Shown: positions 50,724 to 61,446, counted from the first letter of the stretch. The stretch is 64,000 nucleotides of DNA from an uncultured Lachnospira sp. (GCA_937902625.1 CALELX010000169.1:1829-65828), one strand, 5' to 3'. Numbers and translations are program-made. The notes: generated from the sequence alone by a model not told the origin.

Positions 50724-50810
50724 CCTCATTTCTGTGCATGATTTTTTTGCATATCGCATTCGTATCAAATGCGCTCAGACACCAATCCCAGTATAAAAAA
50801 TTAATTTTCC
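50724..50810 (-). repeat. Structured leader repeat copy E, 5' of metallophosphoesterase
   Basis: GGAAAA-TTAA-TTTTTT, TTGGTGTC-TGAGCGCATTT-GATACGAA, TGCACAGAAATGAGG-6nt-ATG. Confidence 0.75.
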
Positions 50811-50969
50811 AGTTAACATATGTATGGCTGCGTGTCTGATTATCTATATGCCTCGTATTATGCACTTATATTATATGTTCCAGATTATAATATCACTTCT
50901 TATATAGTATATGTCAATAAAATAGGGGATTTTTCAATTGATTTTATATTACATTATGCCAAAGACAGC

Positions 50970-51084
50970 AATAAGGCTTGTAAGGTATTTTAAGAATAAG
51001 AATGCTTATATGGATATCTTAAAAATATCCAACCAGTTTCTGGTGACCAAAGCTTTATTCTTTAAATACCTAACAAGCCTTATT
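50970..51084. repeat. 115-bp element with 30-bp inverted arms (28/30) enclosing two small hairpins
   Basis: AATAAGGCTTGTAAGGTATTTTAAGAATAA / TTATTCTTTAAATACCTAACAAGCCTTATT; inner GGATAT/ATATCC and ACCAG/CTGGT. Confidence 0.7.
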
Positions 51085-51126
51085 ACATTCGTTTGTTAAT
51101 AAAATAAACTAGTGTTCAACAACAAC

Positions 51127-53115
51127 TTAATATTTCATATAATCCTTAATAACATTGTGGTCTTTAAGGACTTTTTCTATGACTGTGCCTTTTATCTTTC
51201 TAAGAAGTGGCTTCTTAATGTTGTCAAGTATACCAGGAAGTTCTATTTCAAGTGGAGACTTGCCATCCATCAGCTTAACCGATGCATCAAGAAGATCTCT
51301 TACATCGTATACGCTTCCCCATACCTCAGGAACGCCTCTGTCAACACCGAGAAGTCCATATACAGCTTCCATAGCTGTTCTTACTGAATACTCTGTTGTG
51401 AATATAGTATCTCTTGGTGTTTCAGCAAACTGTCCAAGGAATGCAAAGTTTACACAGCCATCTGGAATAACATCAGGTCTGTCACCTTTTCTTCTTGGCA
51501 TAAAGAATGCTGTTATATAAGGCATCATAGTTGGAGTTGTATTACAGTGATTCTTTGCAAGCTCGTCTATCTCATCTACAGGTATTCCAAGATGATATAA
51601 CCACTCGGCTGTTATCTCCTCACCAGTACATTCTTTCATAGGTTTCTTAATATAATCACCTGCTACATCTGTGAATAAGCTGTATACCCATACACATACC
51701 TCATCCTTCTTCTGTTCTTTGAACTGACCCTGTCTGTTTATTGTCCAGCTAAGAAGCCAGCTTGAATCCTTACAGCTTACTATACCACCTGTAACAACAT
51801 TACCTGTTCTTGGGTCTCTTTTACATATCTTCTTTATCTGCTCAATAATCTGCTCATTGCTTGTTGTAACTGTAGCTGATTCCCAGTTAGACTTAGTTGT
51901 ATCACCGCAGAACTTCTCTGGATGTCCGAATTCAGGATCCTGTTTAGCGATATTCTTCCAAAGACTCCAGCATCCACTTGTTCTTACCTCAGCATCTCCT
52001 ACTGGTGCATGAGTGTGATCTCCATATATAGTACTCTCTGTACAGCTTCCGTTTGTTACGAATACAAGGTCATTTTCTGTAAGCTCGACTGTCTTTTCCT
52101 CGCCCTTAACACTGCACTCTATCTTCTTTGCAATCTTCTTGTTATCCTTAAACTCAAATACTACATTTTCAACTCTTGTGTTAAACTGGAATTTAACACC
52201 GGCAGCCTCAAGATACTTCTGCATAGGAAGTATAAGTGATTCATACTGGTTGTACTTTGTAAACTTAAGTGCTGAGAAGTCTGGAAGTCCTCCAATATGA
52301 TGTATGAATCTCTGAATGTAAAGCTTCATCTCAAGAGCACTGTGCCAGTTCTCGAACGCAAACATTGTTCTCCAGTAAAGCCAGAAATCAGAATCAAACA
52401 CTTCCTCATCAAAGAAATCTTCAATCTTCTTGTCATAAAGATCCTCATCCTTTGTAAAGAAGAGTTTCATAATCTCCATACAGCCCTTCTGACTTAAGTT
52501 AAACTTGCCATCAGTATGTGCATCTTCACCTCTGTTAACAGTTGCCCTGCATAAAGAATAATTAGGGTCATGCTTGTTCAGCCAGTAATATTCATCAAGT
52601 ACTGATGCTCCTGGTTTTTCAAGTGAAGGAATACTTCTGAACAGATCCCAGAGGCACTCGAAATGATTCTCCATTTCTCTTCCGCCTCTCATAACATAAC
52701 CTCTTGTTGGATCATTGATACCATCACATGCACCACCTGCTATATCCATAGCTTCAAGGATGTGTATATGATCTCCCTTCATCTGTCCATCTCTTACAAG
52801 GAAACATGCAGCTGCAAGTGAAGCAAGTCCGCTTCCTACGATATAAGCTGATTTATCATCAACACCTTCTGGTTTTTCTGGTCTTGCAAATGCTTCATAG
52901 TTACCATTTGAATAGTATATACCTTTACTATTCTTATCATACTTTCCTCTTTCTGTGTTTCTGTATTCTTCATGTTCTGTTTTCTGTATTTCTCTTATCT
53001 TCTTTTTCTCTGTACTGTTCTTAGTCTTTGCATTGACTGCTGCAACACCTGCACCAAGCGCAAGAAGTGATGCACCCACCTTTAAAGTTTTACTTCCAAT
53101 TGATTTCTTACTCAT
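51127..53115 (-). CDS. ohyA: Oleate hydratase (myosin-cross-reactive antigen family) with N-terminal extension
   Basis: [46 protein letters not shown]. Confidence 0.95.
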   Translation of the reverse strand: MSKKSIGSKTLKVGASLLALGAGVAAVNAKTKNSTEKKKIREIQKTEHEEYRNTERGKYDKNSKGIYYSNGNYEAFARPEKPEGVDDKSAYIVGSGLASLAAACFLVRDGQMKGDHIHILEAMDIAGGACDGINDPTRGYVMRGGREMENHFECLWDLFRSIPSLEKPGASVLDEYYWLNKHDPNYSLCRATVNRGEDAHTDGKFNLSQKGCMEIMKLFFTKDEDLYDKKIEDFFDEEVFDSDFWLYWRTMFAFENWHSALEMKLYIQRFIHHIGGLPDFSALKFTKYNQYESLILPMQKYLEAAGVKFQFNTRVENVVFEFKDNKKIAKKIECSVKGEEKTVELTENDLVFVTNGSCTESTIYGDHTHAPVGDAEVRTSGCWSLWKNIAKQDPEFGHPEKFCGDTTKSNWESATVTTSNEQIIEQIKKICKRDPRTGNVVTGGIVSCKDSSWLLSWTINRQGQFKEQKKDEVCVWVYSLFTDVAGDYIKKPMKECTGEEITAEWLYHLGIPVDEIDELAKNHCNTTPTMMPYITAFFMPRRKGDRPDVIPDGCVNFAFLGQFAETPRDTIFTTEYSVRTAMEAVYGLLGVDRGVPEVWGSVYDVRDLLDASVKLMDGKSPLEIELPGILDNIKKPLLRKIKGTVIEKVLKDHNVIKDYMKY

Positions 53116-53274
53116 ATGAATCTCCTTTCCATTGCAATGTATTTATGATTAATAAATCCCACTATTCATGGTAATTATCAATTCTGCGTATAATAAAATA
53201 TATCTTTTAATCCTAGTGATTCCTATCCCGTATTTACCTATCGACACTCATAAAATCACCCTGATTATTGTTTA

Positions 53275-54672
53275 TTAATGCTTCTCATAATTTTCATAGC
53301 TTCTTTTTATCTGTGGAGTCTCACTCCATATCTTATCAGCATATGGTTTCCATGTATTGGCATATGGAACACACTTATTGCAAAGGTGCTCTGCTGATTC
53401 TGGTGACTGTAAGTCAGTTGACTTAGCACCAGTTTCCTTAACCATACGCTGGAGTATTTCCGGATTCTCAAGCATTGGACAAGGTCTTAAATGATTCTTG
53501 TTAAATGGCTGGTTCTTTCTATATGCCATAAACAATGGCTGATGCAATATCTCAAGCAATGTATTAGTTCTTATATTAGCACCTGAATAATGTATAAATA
53601 CACAAGGTTCTGCATCACCATTAGCATTGATGTGGAAGTAGTTCCTGCCACCTGCTATACAGCCGCCAACGAACTCTCCATCATTCTGGAAATCGAATGT
53701 GAAAAGTCCTTCTCCTGTTGTAAGACTTCTTATCTGTCTTATACGGTCTTTCATATATATTCTTTGTTCTGGTGTTGGTAATAATTCAACAGATGCATCA
53801 TTTCCTACTGGCATATAATGGAAATACATAGCATATCTGCAGCCCTTATCAACCATAAGCTTAACAAACTCATCACTTGTAACAGTTTCTGTATTCTTTG
53901 ATGTGTAGCATATAGAAGTACCGAATACAAGACCATTCTTCTTTAAAAGATCCATGGCATTCATTACTTTTCCATATACACCATCACCTCTTCTTAAATC
54001 ATTAACTGCCTCAAAACCTTCAAGACTTATTGCAAGATAAAGATTACCAACTCTTTTCATTTCCTGGCAAAACTCATCATCAACAAGAGTTCCGTTGGTA
54101 AATGAAAGGAATGCACAATCATTATGCTTCTCACATAGCTTTATTATATCGCTCTTTCTTACAAGTGGCTCTCCACCAGTAAACATATAAAGATATGTTC
54201 CAAGCTCTTTACCCTGTGTTACAACACTATCCATTTCGTCAAATGTAAGATTCAGTCTGTTACCATATTCTGCTGCCCAGCATCCTGTACAATGAAGGTT
54301 ACATGCACTTGTTGGATCCATAAGAATAAGCCAAGGAATATTGCAATCGTATTTTTCCCTCATTTTTCTTATAGTTTTAGTTCCATTTAAAAATGCTTCA
54401 AATCCAAGATTTAAAACCATAGTTTTTAACACATTAGGATCTATCTCATCCAATGCTTTATTAATGTACTTATTAAGTGCACTATCCTTGTCTTCAATCT
54501 TTTTTCTTACATTATCAAAATTAATATCCAGCTTCTCACCATCCATATATTTTTCAATGAAATCGATGAGCTTTAATATTTCTTTGTCTCTGTCCTTATC
54601 AAGATTCTTAAGTATTATGTCCGTTGCCTTACTAACTGCAATTCTTCCTGCTTTATGTGTTATTGTACCCAT
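53275..54672 (-). CDS. Radical SAM protein with SPASM/twitch-like C-terminus, function unknown
   Basis: CNLHCTGC, TGGEP, GCIAGG..YFHINANGDAEPC, PCPMLE; start 54672 or 54684. Confidence 0.88.
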   Translation of the reverse strand: MGTITHKAGRIAVSKATDIILKNLDKDRDKEILKLIDFIEKYMDGEKLDINFDNVRKKIEDKDSALNKYINKALDEIDPNVLKTMVLNLGFEAFLNGTKTIRKMREKYDCNIPWLILMDPTSACNLHCTGCWAAEYGNRLNLTFDEMDSVVTQGKELGTYLYMFTGGEPLVRKSDIIKLCEKHNDCAFLSFTNGTLVDDEFCQEMKRVGNLYLAISLEGFEAVNDLRRGDGVYGKVMNAMDLLKKNGLVFGTSICYTSKNTETVTSDEFVKLMVDKGCRYAMYFHYMPVGNDASVELLPTPEQRIYMKDRIRQIRSLTTGEGLFTFDFQNDGEFVGGCIAGGRNYFHINANGDAEPCVFIHYSGANIRTNTLLEILHQPLFMAYRKNQPFNKNHLRPCPMLENPEILQRMVKETGAKSTDLQSPESAEHLCNKCVPYANTWKPYADKIWSETPQIKRSYENYEKH

Positions 54673-54810
54673 ATATATCACCATTCCTATTTTATCTTAA
54701 ATATTATTGTATAACCTATTTTCTATGTTATATTTTATCTTTATCATAAATGATAACCTTTTTAACTAGCGCTTTTATCATATTAACTGTCACACGCATA
54801 TCTAATCAGG

Positions 54811-55359
54811 CTAACTTCTTAGCTTTCTGTCTGTCTTAACTGTGTTTATTACTATTATCAGATTAAGCACACCATCAAGACACAGATTCAATCCAATAAG
54901 CCTTATCATAAGTCTTGTTGTTTCACCCGGCATAAGTATAAGCATAATGCCAAGTACTGCAACAACAACAGCCATCAAAAGCATAAGCTTCCAGCTGCTT
55001 ATTCCAAACCTCTTAGAATCAAGCGATGTCTGTATCTTGAGTGTTGCATCTATTAACATCACTATTCCTATACACGTTGAAAGTATCTGAACAACGCTAG
55101 ATGTCTTACATGCAAATACGATACCTACTATTACCGCAACTATTCCAAGTGCCAGATCAAACTGAAATGCCAGCTGATAAACATCCTTTGCAAAATAACC
55201 TATTATCTTTACAACGCCGTATACTATAAGGTATATACCAAATATTACGCATACCGCGTTTAGCGCAATTCCTGGCATAATCAGCAGCAGAAGTCCGGCA
55301 ATAATAAGACATGCGGTAAGAATACTGTACATATTCTTAATTCCTTTTATGCCATTCAT
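54811..55359 (-). CDS. HdeD/DUF308 family membrane protein
   Basis: Two repeats of three TM helices; AAGGAGG SD. Confidence 0.8.
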   Translation of the reverse strand: MNGIKGIKNMYSILTACLIIAGLLLLIMPGIALNAVCVIFGIYLIVYGVVKIIGYFAKDVYQLAFQFDLALGIVAVIVGIVFACKTSSVVQILSTCIGIVMLIDATLKIQTSLDSKRFGISSWKLMLLMAVVVAVLGIMLILMPGETTRLMIRLIGLNLCLDGVLNLIIVINTVKTDRKLRS

Positions 55360-55428
55360 AAGCATTCCTCCTTACCATATAACCCTTTATCTTGGTCATA
55401 AGTTAATACATTTTAGCACCAATTAAAA

Positions 55429-55481
55429 CAGACAGATTGAGAAGAATGTACATAATTCATACATTTTTCTCAATCTGTCTG
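55429..55481. promoter_or_regulatory. 22-bp inverted repeat between tetR and DUF308 gene (TetR operator or terminator)
   Basis: CAGACAGATTGAGAAGAATGTA / TACATTTTTCTCAATCTGTCTG (1 mismatch). Confidence 0.55.
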
Positions 55482-55522
55482 AAAAAACGCCTGTAAAATA
55501 TCTGCAAACTGATTAATCTGCT

Positions 55523-56083
55523 CTAATCTGCCTTACTTGCATTGGTTAACATAACGGGAAGTGTTGCATCTATAGAATCAGCTATCTTACCTATAAAATG
55601 TTCAAAATCAGCCTGCATTCCACTTTCTATCCATTTGTAAGTACTTCCTATTATAGCATAGCCATAAAAATAAGACATAAACTCAAGATCTTTCTCTGAT
55701 ATATTCTGTCCTTCACTTTTTCTTGCAATATAGTCTTTTACTATCTCTGCCGTCACCTTTTCAAGATAATTCGTTACAATATCCCTGTTTTTAGAATTAT
55801 ATATATGTATTACAACATCCCTATACTGTGATAGCAGTGAAGCAGCATTGATATATGCCTCATAAAATGAACCTTCTTTAGCTACACACCTCAAATTCTC
55901 TTCTACTTCCTGCGTAAATATATTATTTAAAACATCATATATATCCTTGTAATAGTAATAGAATGTATTTCTGTTAATTTCACAATCATCACATATGTCT
56001 TTAACTGTAACCTTATCTATTGATTTTGTCTTAAGCAGCTCTAAAAGACTAAGCATTATAGCTTTCTTTGTAAACTTAGCCAT
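55523..56083 (-). CDS. TetR/AcrR family regulator (TetR_C_8/DhaS-like)
   Basis: KVTVKDICDDCEINRNTFYYYYKDIYD. Confidence 0.92.
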   Translation of the reverse strand: MAKFTKKAIMLSLLELLKTKSIDKVTVKDICDDCEINRNTFYYYYKDIYDVLNNIFTQEVEENLRCVAKEGSFYEAYINAASLLSQYRDVVIHIYNSKNRDIVTNYLEKVTAEIVKDYIARKSEGQNISEKDLEFMSYFYGYAIIGSTYKWIESGMQADFEHFIGKIADSIDATLPVMLTNASKAD

Positions 56084-56276
56084 ATATACAACATCCTTTT
56101 TATATATTTAACTTTCATATATCCAGATTCTTAATATTAGTAATCCTTGTATATCCAATCTATATATTAATCGTCTAATAGCTTATATAATATCTTATCT
56201 TTTATAATATGTAAATATAAATATATTACTGCTATCCAATTAATATGACATACCAGTATTACATCTAACTTTATAA

Positions 56277-58037
56277 CTATCTGTTCTCACTTTTACTTTC
56301 TTCTTTTTTCTTATGATATGCCTCTTTTTCCTTATACATTATTTTATCTGCTGATTTTAATAATTCTTCCATGTCAGTAACTTCTTCTTTATAAAGACTT
56401 CCTATTGATGCACTCACATTATTCTTTTTCAATGTATCCTTAAGATTAACAATCATATCCTCGTATGCTTTGGCATTTATATCCGTCTTAATAACAACGA
56501 ACTCGTCACCACCTATCCTGTAGCAGTCATCAGGAAATATATTGTTTATTATATGTGCAGCTGAGCTTATGAATTTGTCACCACTTGCATGTCCATAATT
56601 ATCATTAATGCTTTTTAATCCATTAAGATCTATGTAAGCAACACCTGTATTTTTTATTATTGTATTTTTCGCTCCTTCCAACACATTTATATACTTGTTA
56701 CGGTTATAAATACCCGTAAGCATATCTTTATAACTAAGATAATTAAGTTCTTCCTGCTGCACGCGTTTTTCAAGGCTGTTTGCCACAAAATACTGTATAG
56801 AGTTGAGCAATGTCGCATCATTATAATGGCTTTTAGGATTATCAACTCCAAGGAATCCGATTATCTGTCCGTCTCTTTTAAGGGAAACCTCAAGAAGTCT
56901 TTCAATATCCTGTGCCTTTAATATATCGTATACTTCTGTTCCTTTTTCGTCATCAATATCAGAAATGTAGTACTGCTTATCCTTCCTGAATTCTTCCATC
57001 CACGAATCAACAATCTGTAAAGGAACATCCTGAAGGTTATCTTTTTGTGCTGAGATTCCTTCCTTTACATATTCATATGTATTCACCGCCAGATTATTTT
57101 TATAGTCTATTTCAAATATATAACATCTGTCCGAGCCAAAATAATTATTAATTATAGCAAGCAGATTGTTAATCGCGGTATTGATATCTGCCTCCGTTGT
57201 TAATTCCGCTATACACTGGTTTAAAACCATAGATGTCTGTAGCTCTGCAACTGTTTCTATCTGTTTTTTAGACAACTGGCCTATTCTTGTATTCTGTTCT
57301 CCAAGAATAGTTACATACATAATCATCATTGATATACATATAGAAACATCAATAATAGATATACCAAACTGACCTAATTGTATGACCGCAGCTATTGCTG
57401 GCAGTAAAATGTATGATGCCAGTGCAAAAAATGCTCCTCTTGTTAACCTTTTACGATATTGTATAAGAAACGAAAGCTCTATGAGCATTCCTGCTAATGG
57501 TAAGATTAACGAAACAATGTATGTCTGATTTCTGTGATATATATTATTATTATCAATGCTGTAATACAGATTAGTAAATGCCGCAAAAATAACAAGTATC
57601 AATGCAATAAGACATAATACATTCATTAATCCTGCTCTTTTCAGCTGTTTCTCTTCCTCAACTGAAAAAAGGTACGCACATACATACTTATGGAAAAAAT
57701 ATAATATAACAATATTGGATATGTAAACCAGGGCATTGCTTATATGTACCATCCAATATCCTGTTGTACTGTTTAATCCTCTGGATACTATAGCAACCAC
57801 ATCACTTATCAGCAGAACTGTTGTTGTAAACTGCATAAGTATCATCCATATTCTTTTACGCTTATCAAAATTCCTGCTGAATATCATAACAAGACACGCT
57901 ATAAGACTGAATATCCCACCCCAGAAAACAATAGAAACATTAGCATTTTCCACATTTATCAGGTATGTACTACCATAACCGGCTGTGTGTCCCAATGTAT
58001 TATTTATATCAAATATTATATTTTTCACTTTATTCAC
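56277..58037 (-). CDS. Membrane-bound diguanylate cyclase with GAF domain
   Basis: Multi-TM N-terminus, GAF-like DRCYIFE..NTYE..GFLGVDNP, DMLTGIYNR, DLNGLKSINDNYGH, GGDEF. Confidence 0.9.
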   Translation of the reverse strand: MNKVKNIIFDINNTLGHTAGYGSTYLINVENANVSIVFWGGIFSLIACLVMIFSRNFDKRKRIWMILMQFTTTVLLISDVVAIVSRGLNSTTGYWMVHISNALVYISNIVILYFFHKYVCAYLFSVEEEKQLKRAGLMNVLCLIALILVIFAAFTNLYYSIDNNNIYHRNQTYIVSLILPLAGMLIELSFLIQYRKRLTRGAFFALASYILLPAIAAVIQLGQFGISIIDVSICISMMIMYVTILGEQNTRIGQLSKKQIETVAELQTSMVLNQCIAELTTEADINTAINNLLAIINNYFGSDRCYIFEIDYKNNLAVNTYEYVKEGISAQKDNLQDVPLQIVDSWMEEFRKDKQYYISDIDDEKGTEVYDILKAQDIERLLEVSLKRDGQIIGFLGVDNPKSHYNDATLLNSIQYFVANSLEKRVQQEELNYLSYKDMLTGIYNRNKYINVLEGAKNTIIKNTGVAYIDLNGLKSINDNYGHASGDKFISSAAHIINNIFPDDCYRIGGDEFVVIKTDINAKAYEDMIVNLKDTLKKNNVSASIGSLYKEEVTDMEELLKSADKIMYKEKEAYHKKKEESKSENR

Positions 58038-58211
58038 CTATTTTTATATAACGATAATGATAATTTTAACATATTTTATATTTGTTGTCACTAACCGTTT
58101 TATGATAATCAGCTATAAAACACGAACTTAATACATCTTACCATCAAAAGGATAAGATGTTACTTAGCAAAACAAGGCGGCGGCCAGTACACCTTACAAA
58201 CTGAAAAAATA

Positions 58212-58247
58212 CAGGAATTACAGCACTGTCATGTGCTGTAATTCCTG
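58212..58247 (-). terminator. Intrinsic terminator
   Basis: 15-bp perfect stem CAGGAATTACAGCAC/GTGCTGTAATTCCTG with T-tract on minus strand. Confidence 0.8.
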
Positions 58248-58276
58248 CATTTAACTATTATTCATTTACTGCTCAT

Positions 58277-58792
58277 TTACTGCGCATTGTGTGCAGCCTG
58301 TACCTGCTGGCAGCTGTTTAAGAATGTGTTAGCTGCTTCAAGATTCATAGATAACTGTTTTTTGGTATGATTTACTGTAAAATAAGGCATGAAAAATAAT
58401 GCATAAAGTCCAACAACAAATGCTACACATCCTATAAGCAAATCCCATGGGAAGAATGGAACCACATACCAGCCAAATTTTGCAAAATTCCACGACCATT
58501 TTACAGCTACCTTATATCCTCCTACTTTGAAATAACAAATACATGCCAGTATAAATGAAACAGCAAGGAAATCCGGAATTATAAATCCTAAAAATCCACA
58601 AACTGTACCAATAATAGATACCGCCCATACTGCATTTATCTTTCTTAGTTTTTCTTCTGATTCGTTCTTTACATTCTGTGCATACGCAATATTGTTAGCA
58701 AATTCTATCTCTTCATATAAGCTTGCTTTTCCTTTTTTCTTTTCCTTCTCGTTGTTATTTTCCTGTGTTTCTACATTAAACATTTTATCCAT
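58277..58792 (-). CDS. Hypothetical membrane protein
   Basis: 171 aa, AAGGA SD, several hydrophobic segments; no family recognised. Confidence 0.7.
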   Translation of the reverse strand: MDKMFNVETQENNNEKEKKKGKASLYEEIEFANNIAYAQNVKNESEEKLRKINAVWAVSIIGTVCGFLGFIIPDFLAVSFILACICYFKVGGYKVAVKWSWNFAKFGWYVVPFFPWDLLIGCVAFVVGLYALFFMPYFTVNHTKKQLSMNLEAANTFLNSCQQVQAAHNAQ

Positions 58793-59259
58793 TTTATTCC
58801 TTCTTTCCCCGATGATTTACCGGTATTTTTTATCTTTCACTTATATGACGAATATTTTTCTGCCATGGTTTTATCTTTTGTTCAATTTTTTAATTTTTAT
58901 TTTCCTGCAGATAAAACCAGACCTATTGCAGACACATAGGTTGCCATTATTAATCAGACAGCTTTAAATCTGCTATTTTTATCCATGTTTAATCAAGCTT
59001 TAATCTTTATAAATTCTTTATAACCATACATTCTTTATCAGATATATAATAATTGATTATTTCTTATTTTTCAATATATTTTCATGTATTTTCCAATATT
59101 ATTTTATGTGTATTTCATCTTGTTGTTTAGTTTTGTGTTTTACACGTACTTATTAGTGTGTCATTAATATATAATAAAATTAATTTTAATATTTAACAGC
59201 CATAATTAAGAGCTTATCACTTCTTAATTATCAGTTTATATAATAATTTACATTTATAC

Positions 59260-59289
59260 AAAAAAAGAACCCCCGAAGGAGTTCTTTTT
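59260..59289 (-). terminator. Intrinsic terminator after rlmD
   Basis: AAAAAGAACCCC-CGAA-GGAGTTCTTTTT stem-loop abutting the stop codon. Confidence 0.75.
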
Positions 59290-60698
59290 CAAGAGTCTGA
59301 CTTTAAATCCAATTTTTCCACTTTTCGGGACAACAAAATTACAGTTTCACAATGTCCAGTATTCGGGAACATGTCAATACAGCATCCCTTCTTAACCTCA
59401 TATCCGCTCTCCTGCAGCATAACCAGATCTCTTGCAAGGCTTGTTGGCTTACATGATATATATACCATAGACTCAACGCCATAATCAATTATCTTCTTAA
59501 GTGCCTTAGGGTTAATACCATCTCTTGGTGGGTCAAGAACTATAAAATCAGGCCTGTCCTTTATATTATCAAGAGCATTAAGCACATCATCAGCTATAAA
59601 TTCACAGTTAGTAAGACCATTTATCCCTGCATTGATTCTGGCAGCCTCAACTGCTTCTGGTATTATCTCAACACCGATAACCTTTTTAGCAACTGGCGCT
59701 AATATCTGGGCTATAGTACCTGTTCCACTGTAAAGATCGAATATAACCTTATCCTTTGTTGTTCCTACATAATCCCTTGCCTTAGAGTAAAGAACCTCTG
59801 CACCAAGTGAATTAGTCTGGAAAAATGAAAACGTTGTAATCTTAAACTTAAGTCCGAGAAGTTCTTCCTCTATATAATCCCTTCCGAACACTATTTCTGT
59901 CTTTTCATTAATAACTGCATCAGCAACACTATCATTATAGGTATGTAAGAATCCAACAATTTTACCATCAAGTGATAAAGCTTTTAATCTTTCTGCAAGC
60001 TCATCCATAGGTATATCATTTACTGTTGTTGTTACAATATCAACAAGAATCTGTCCTGTTTTTACTGCCTTTCTTACAAGAAGATGTCTTAAATATCCTT
60101 CATGTTTCATTTTATGATAATATGTCAGATTGTTTTCAAGAGCATAATCATATACACACTTAAGTATTTTTCTGTAATCGTTATCCACAATTTTACAGCC
60201 TATTACTGTAACTATGTCATACATACTGTTTCTTTTATGCAGCCCAAGTGCTATCGGACCATCTTTTACCTCGTCACCAAATGAGAACTCCATCTTATTA
60301 CGATATTCACTTGATACTGGACTTCCAAGTATTCCTTCCCATTCATACTCATTTTTTATAACTGGCTCAAGAAGCCTTTTAACTGTAGCTTCTTTCATCT
60401 TTAGCTGTTCTTCATACCTTACAGTCTGGTATACACATCCACCACATTTTCCGAAATGCTCGCATCTTTCATTAGTCTCCGTATCTGACTGCCTGACAAC
60501 TTCAATAAGTCTTCCTTCACACTTTCCATGCTTCTTTTTATTTACCATAAACTTAACTGTCTGTCCCGGTATGGAATTCTTTACAACTGCCTTTTCCTTT
60601 GTTATCTGCCCGTCTTCTTCTACTTCAACTACAACATTTCCCTTATTGGGAAAATCGACACTTTCCACATAACCTGTATATATACCACCTTTTTTCAT
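59289..60698 (-). CDS. rlmD: 23S rRNA (uracil-C5)-methyltransferase RlmD/RumA
   Basis: TRAM domain, CEHFGKCGGC, YRNKMEF, SFFQTN, DLYSGTG, LDPPRDG, YISC, DMFPNTGHCE. Confidence 0.95.
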   Translation of the reverse strand: MKKGGIYTGYVESVDFPNKGNVVVEVEEDGQITKEKAVVKNSIPGQTVKFMVNKKKHGKCEGRLIEVVRQSDTETNERCEHFGKCGGCVYQTVRYEEQLKMKEATVKRLLEPVIKNEYEWEGILGSPVSSEYRNKMEFSFGDEVKDGPIALGLHKRNSMYDIVTVIGCKIVDNDYRKILKCVYDYALENNLTYYHKMKHEGYLRHLLVRKAVKTGQILVDIVTTTVNDIPMDELAERLKALSLDGKIVGFLHTYNDSVADAVINEKTEIVFGRDYIEEELLGLKFKITTFSFFQTNSLGAEVLYSKARDYVGTTKDKVIFDLYSGTGTIAQILAPVAKKVIGVEIIPEAVEAARINAGINGLTNCEFIADDVLNALDNIKDRPDFIVLDPPRDGINPKALKKIIDYGVESMVYISCKPTSLARDLVMLQESGYEVKKGCCIDMFPNTGHCETVILLSRKVEKLDLKSDS

Positions 60699-61164
60699 CT
60701 AAAATATCCTTTCCAGCTACTTAATCATATTATTTATCGTATTATTTATCAATTTAATACTGTAATCTGCTTGCTTAATTATCTGTTAGTTTTATCAATA
60801 TATTTACCTTATCAATATATCTACTTTATCAACACATTTGTTTAATAATCCATCTGCTTAAATTGATATGTCTGCATCAATATGTTTGCTCTTTTAAGCT
60901 ATCTGCTATATATCTGTATTTAATCGATATATTTTTATATTTTTAAATTGTACCACATGACATTATTACATTATTATATTAAACCATCAAACCATCATAA
61001 GGAAAAAGACCACTGACCGATTACATAACCTGCCAGTGGTCTTATATATATCTTAGTATTATTCCCATGAATACATAACTTCCAGCAAAAGCCAGAATGT
61101 AATGTGTCTAAACAAATCATATCTACTACATATGTCTGTTCTCTGCTACCAAATACAATACTAA

Positions 61165-61446
61165 TTAATTCTCGAAGTCTTTATCAGCATCATCGTCGTC
61201 TTCATCTTCGAAATCATCTTCAAAATCATCATCATCGAAGTCATCATCAAAATCATCAAGATAATCAGGAGTGAAGTATCTGTATATAGCATATACAATT
61301 GCTGCTAAAGCTGCAACAGCACCAATAACTGCTAACACAATAACAACTACATTGCTTTTCTTCTTATCTTCTTCCACTTCTTTCTTATGAAGAAGTTCAT
61401 TCAGCTTACTAGCTGCAATAAGTTCTTCAATCTTATCCTTATTCAT
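61165..61446 (-). CDS. Small single-TM protein with highly acidic C-terminal tail (DUF4366-like)
   Basis: TM helix followed by YRYFTPDYLDDF(D/E/F)n; AAGGAG SD. Confidence 0.75.
   Translation of the reverse strand: MNKDKIEELIAASKLNELLHKKEVEEDKKKSNVVVIVLAVIGAVAALAAIVYAIYRYFTPDYLDDFDDDFDDDDFEDDFEDEDDDDADKDFEN

Noticed and set aside
39060..50768. Longer ORF-track starts at 39071, 41737, 44222 and 50768
   Set aside because: The extensions are translations of the leader repeat. SD spacing and domain starts favour ATGs at 39059, 41671, 44165 and 50717.
33826..50810. Leader repeats read as a CRISPR array
   Set aside because: Copies are kilobases apart, diverged, separated by whole genes, and no cas genes are present.
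61190..61262. GAT/GAC-rich trinucleotide-like repeat
   Set aside because: Simply encodes the Asp-rich tail of the small membrane protein.
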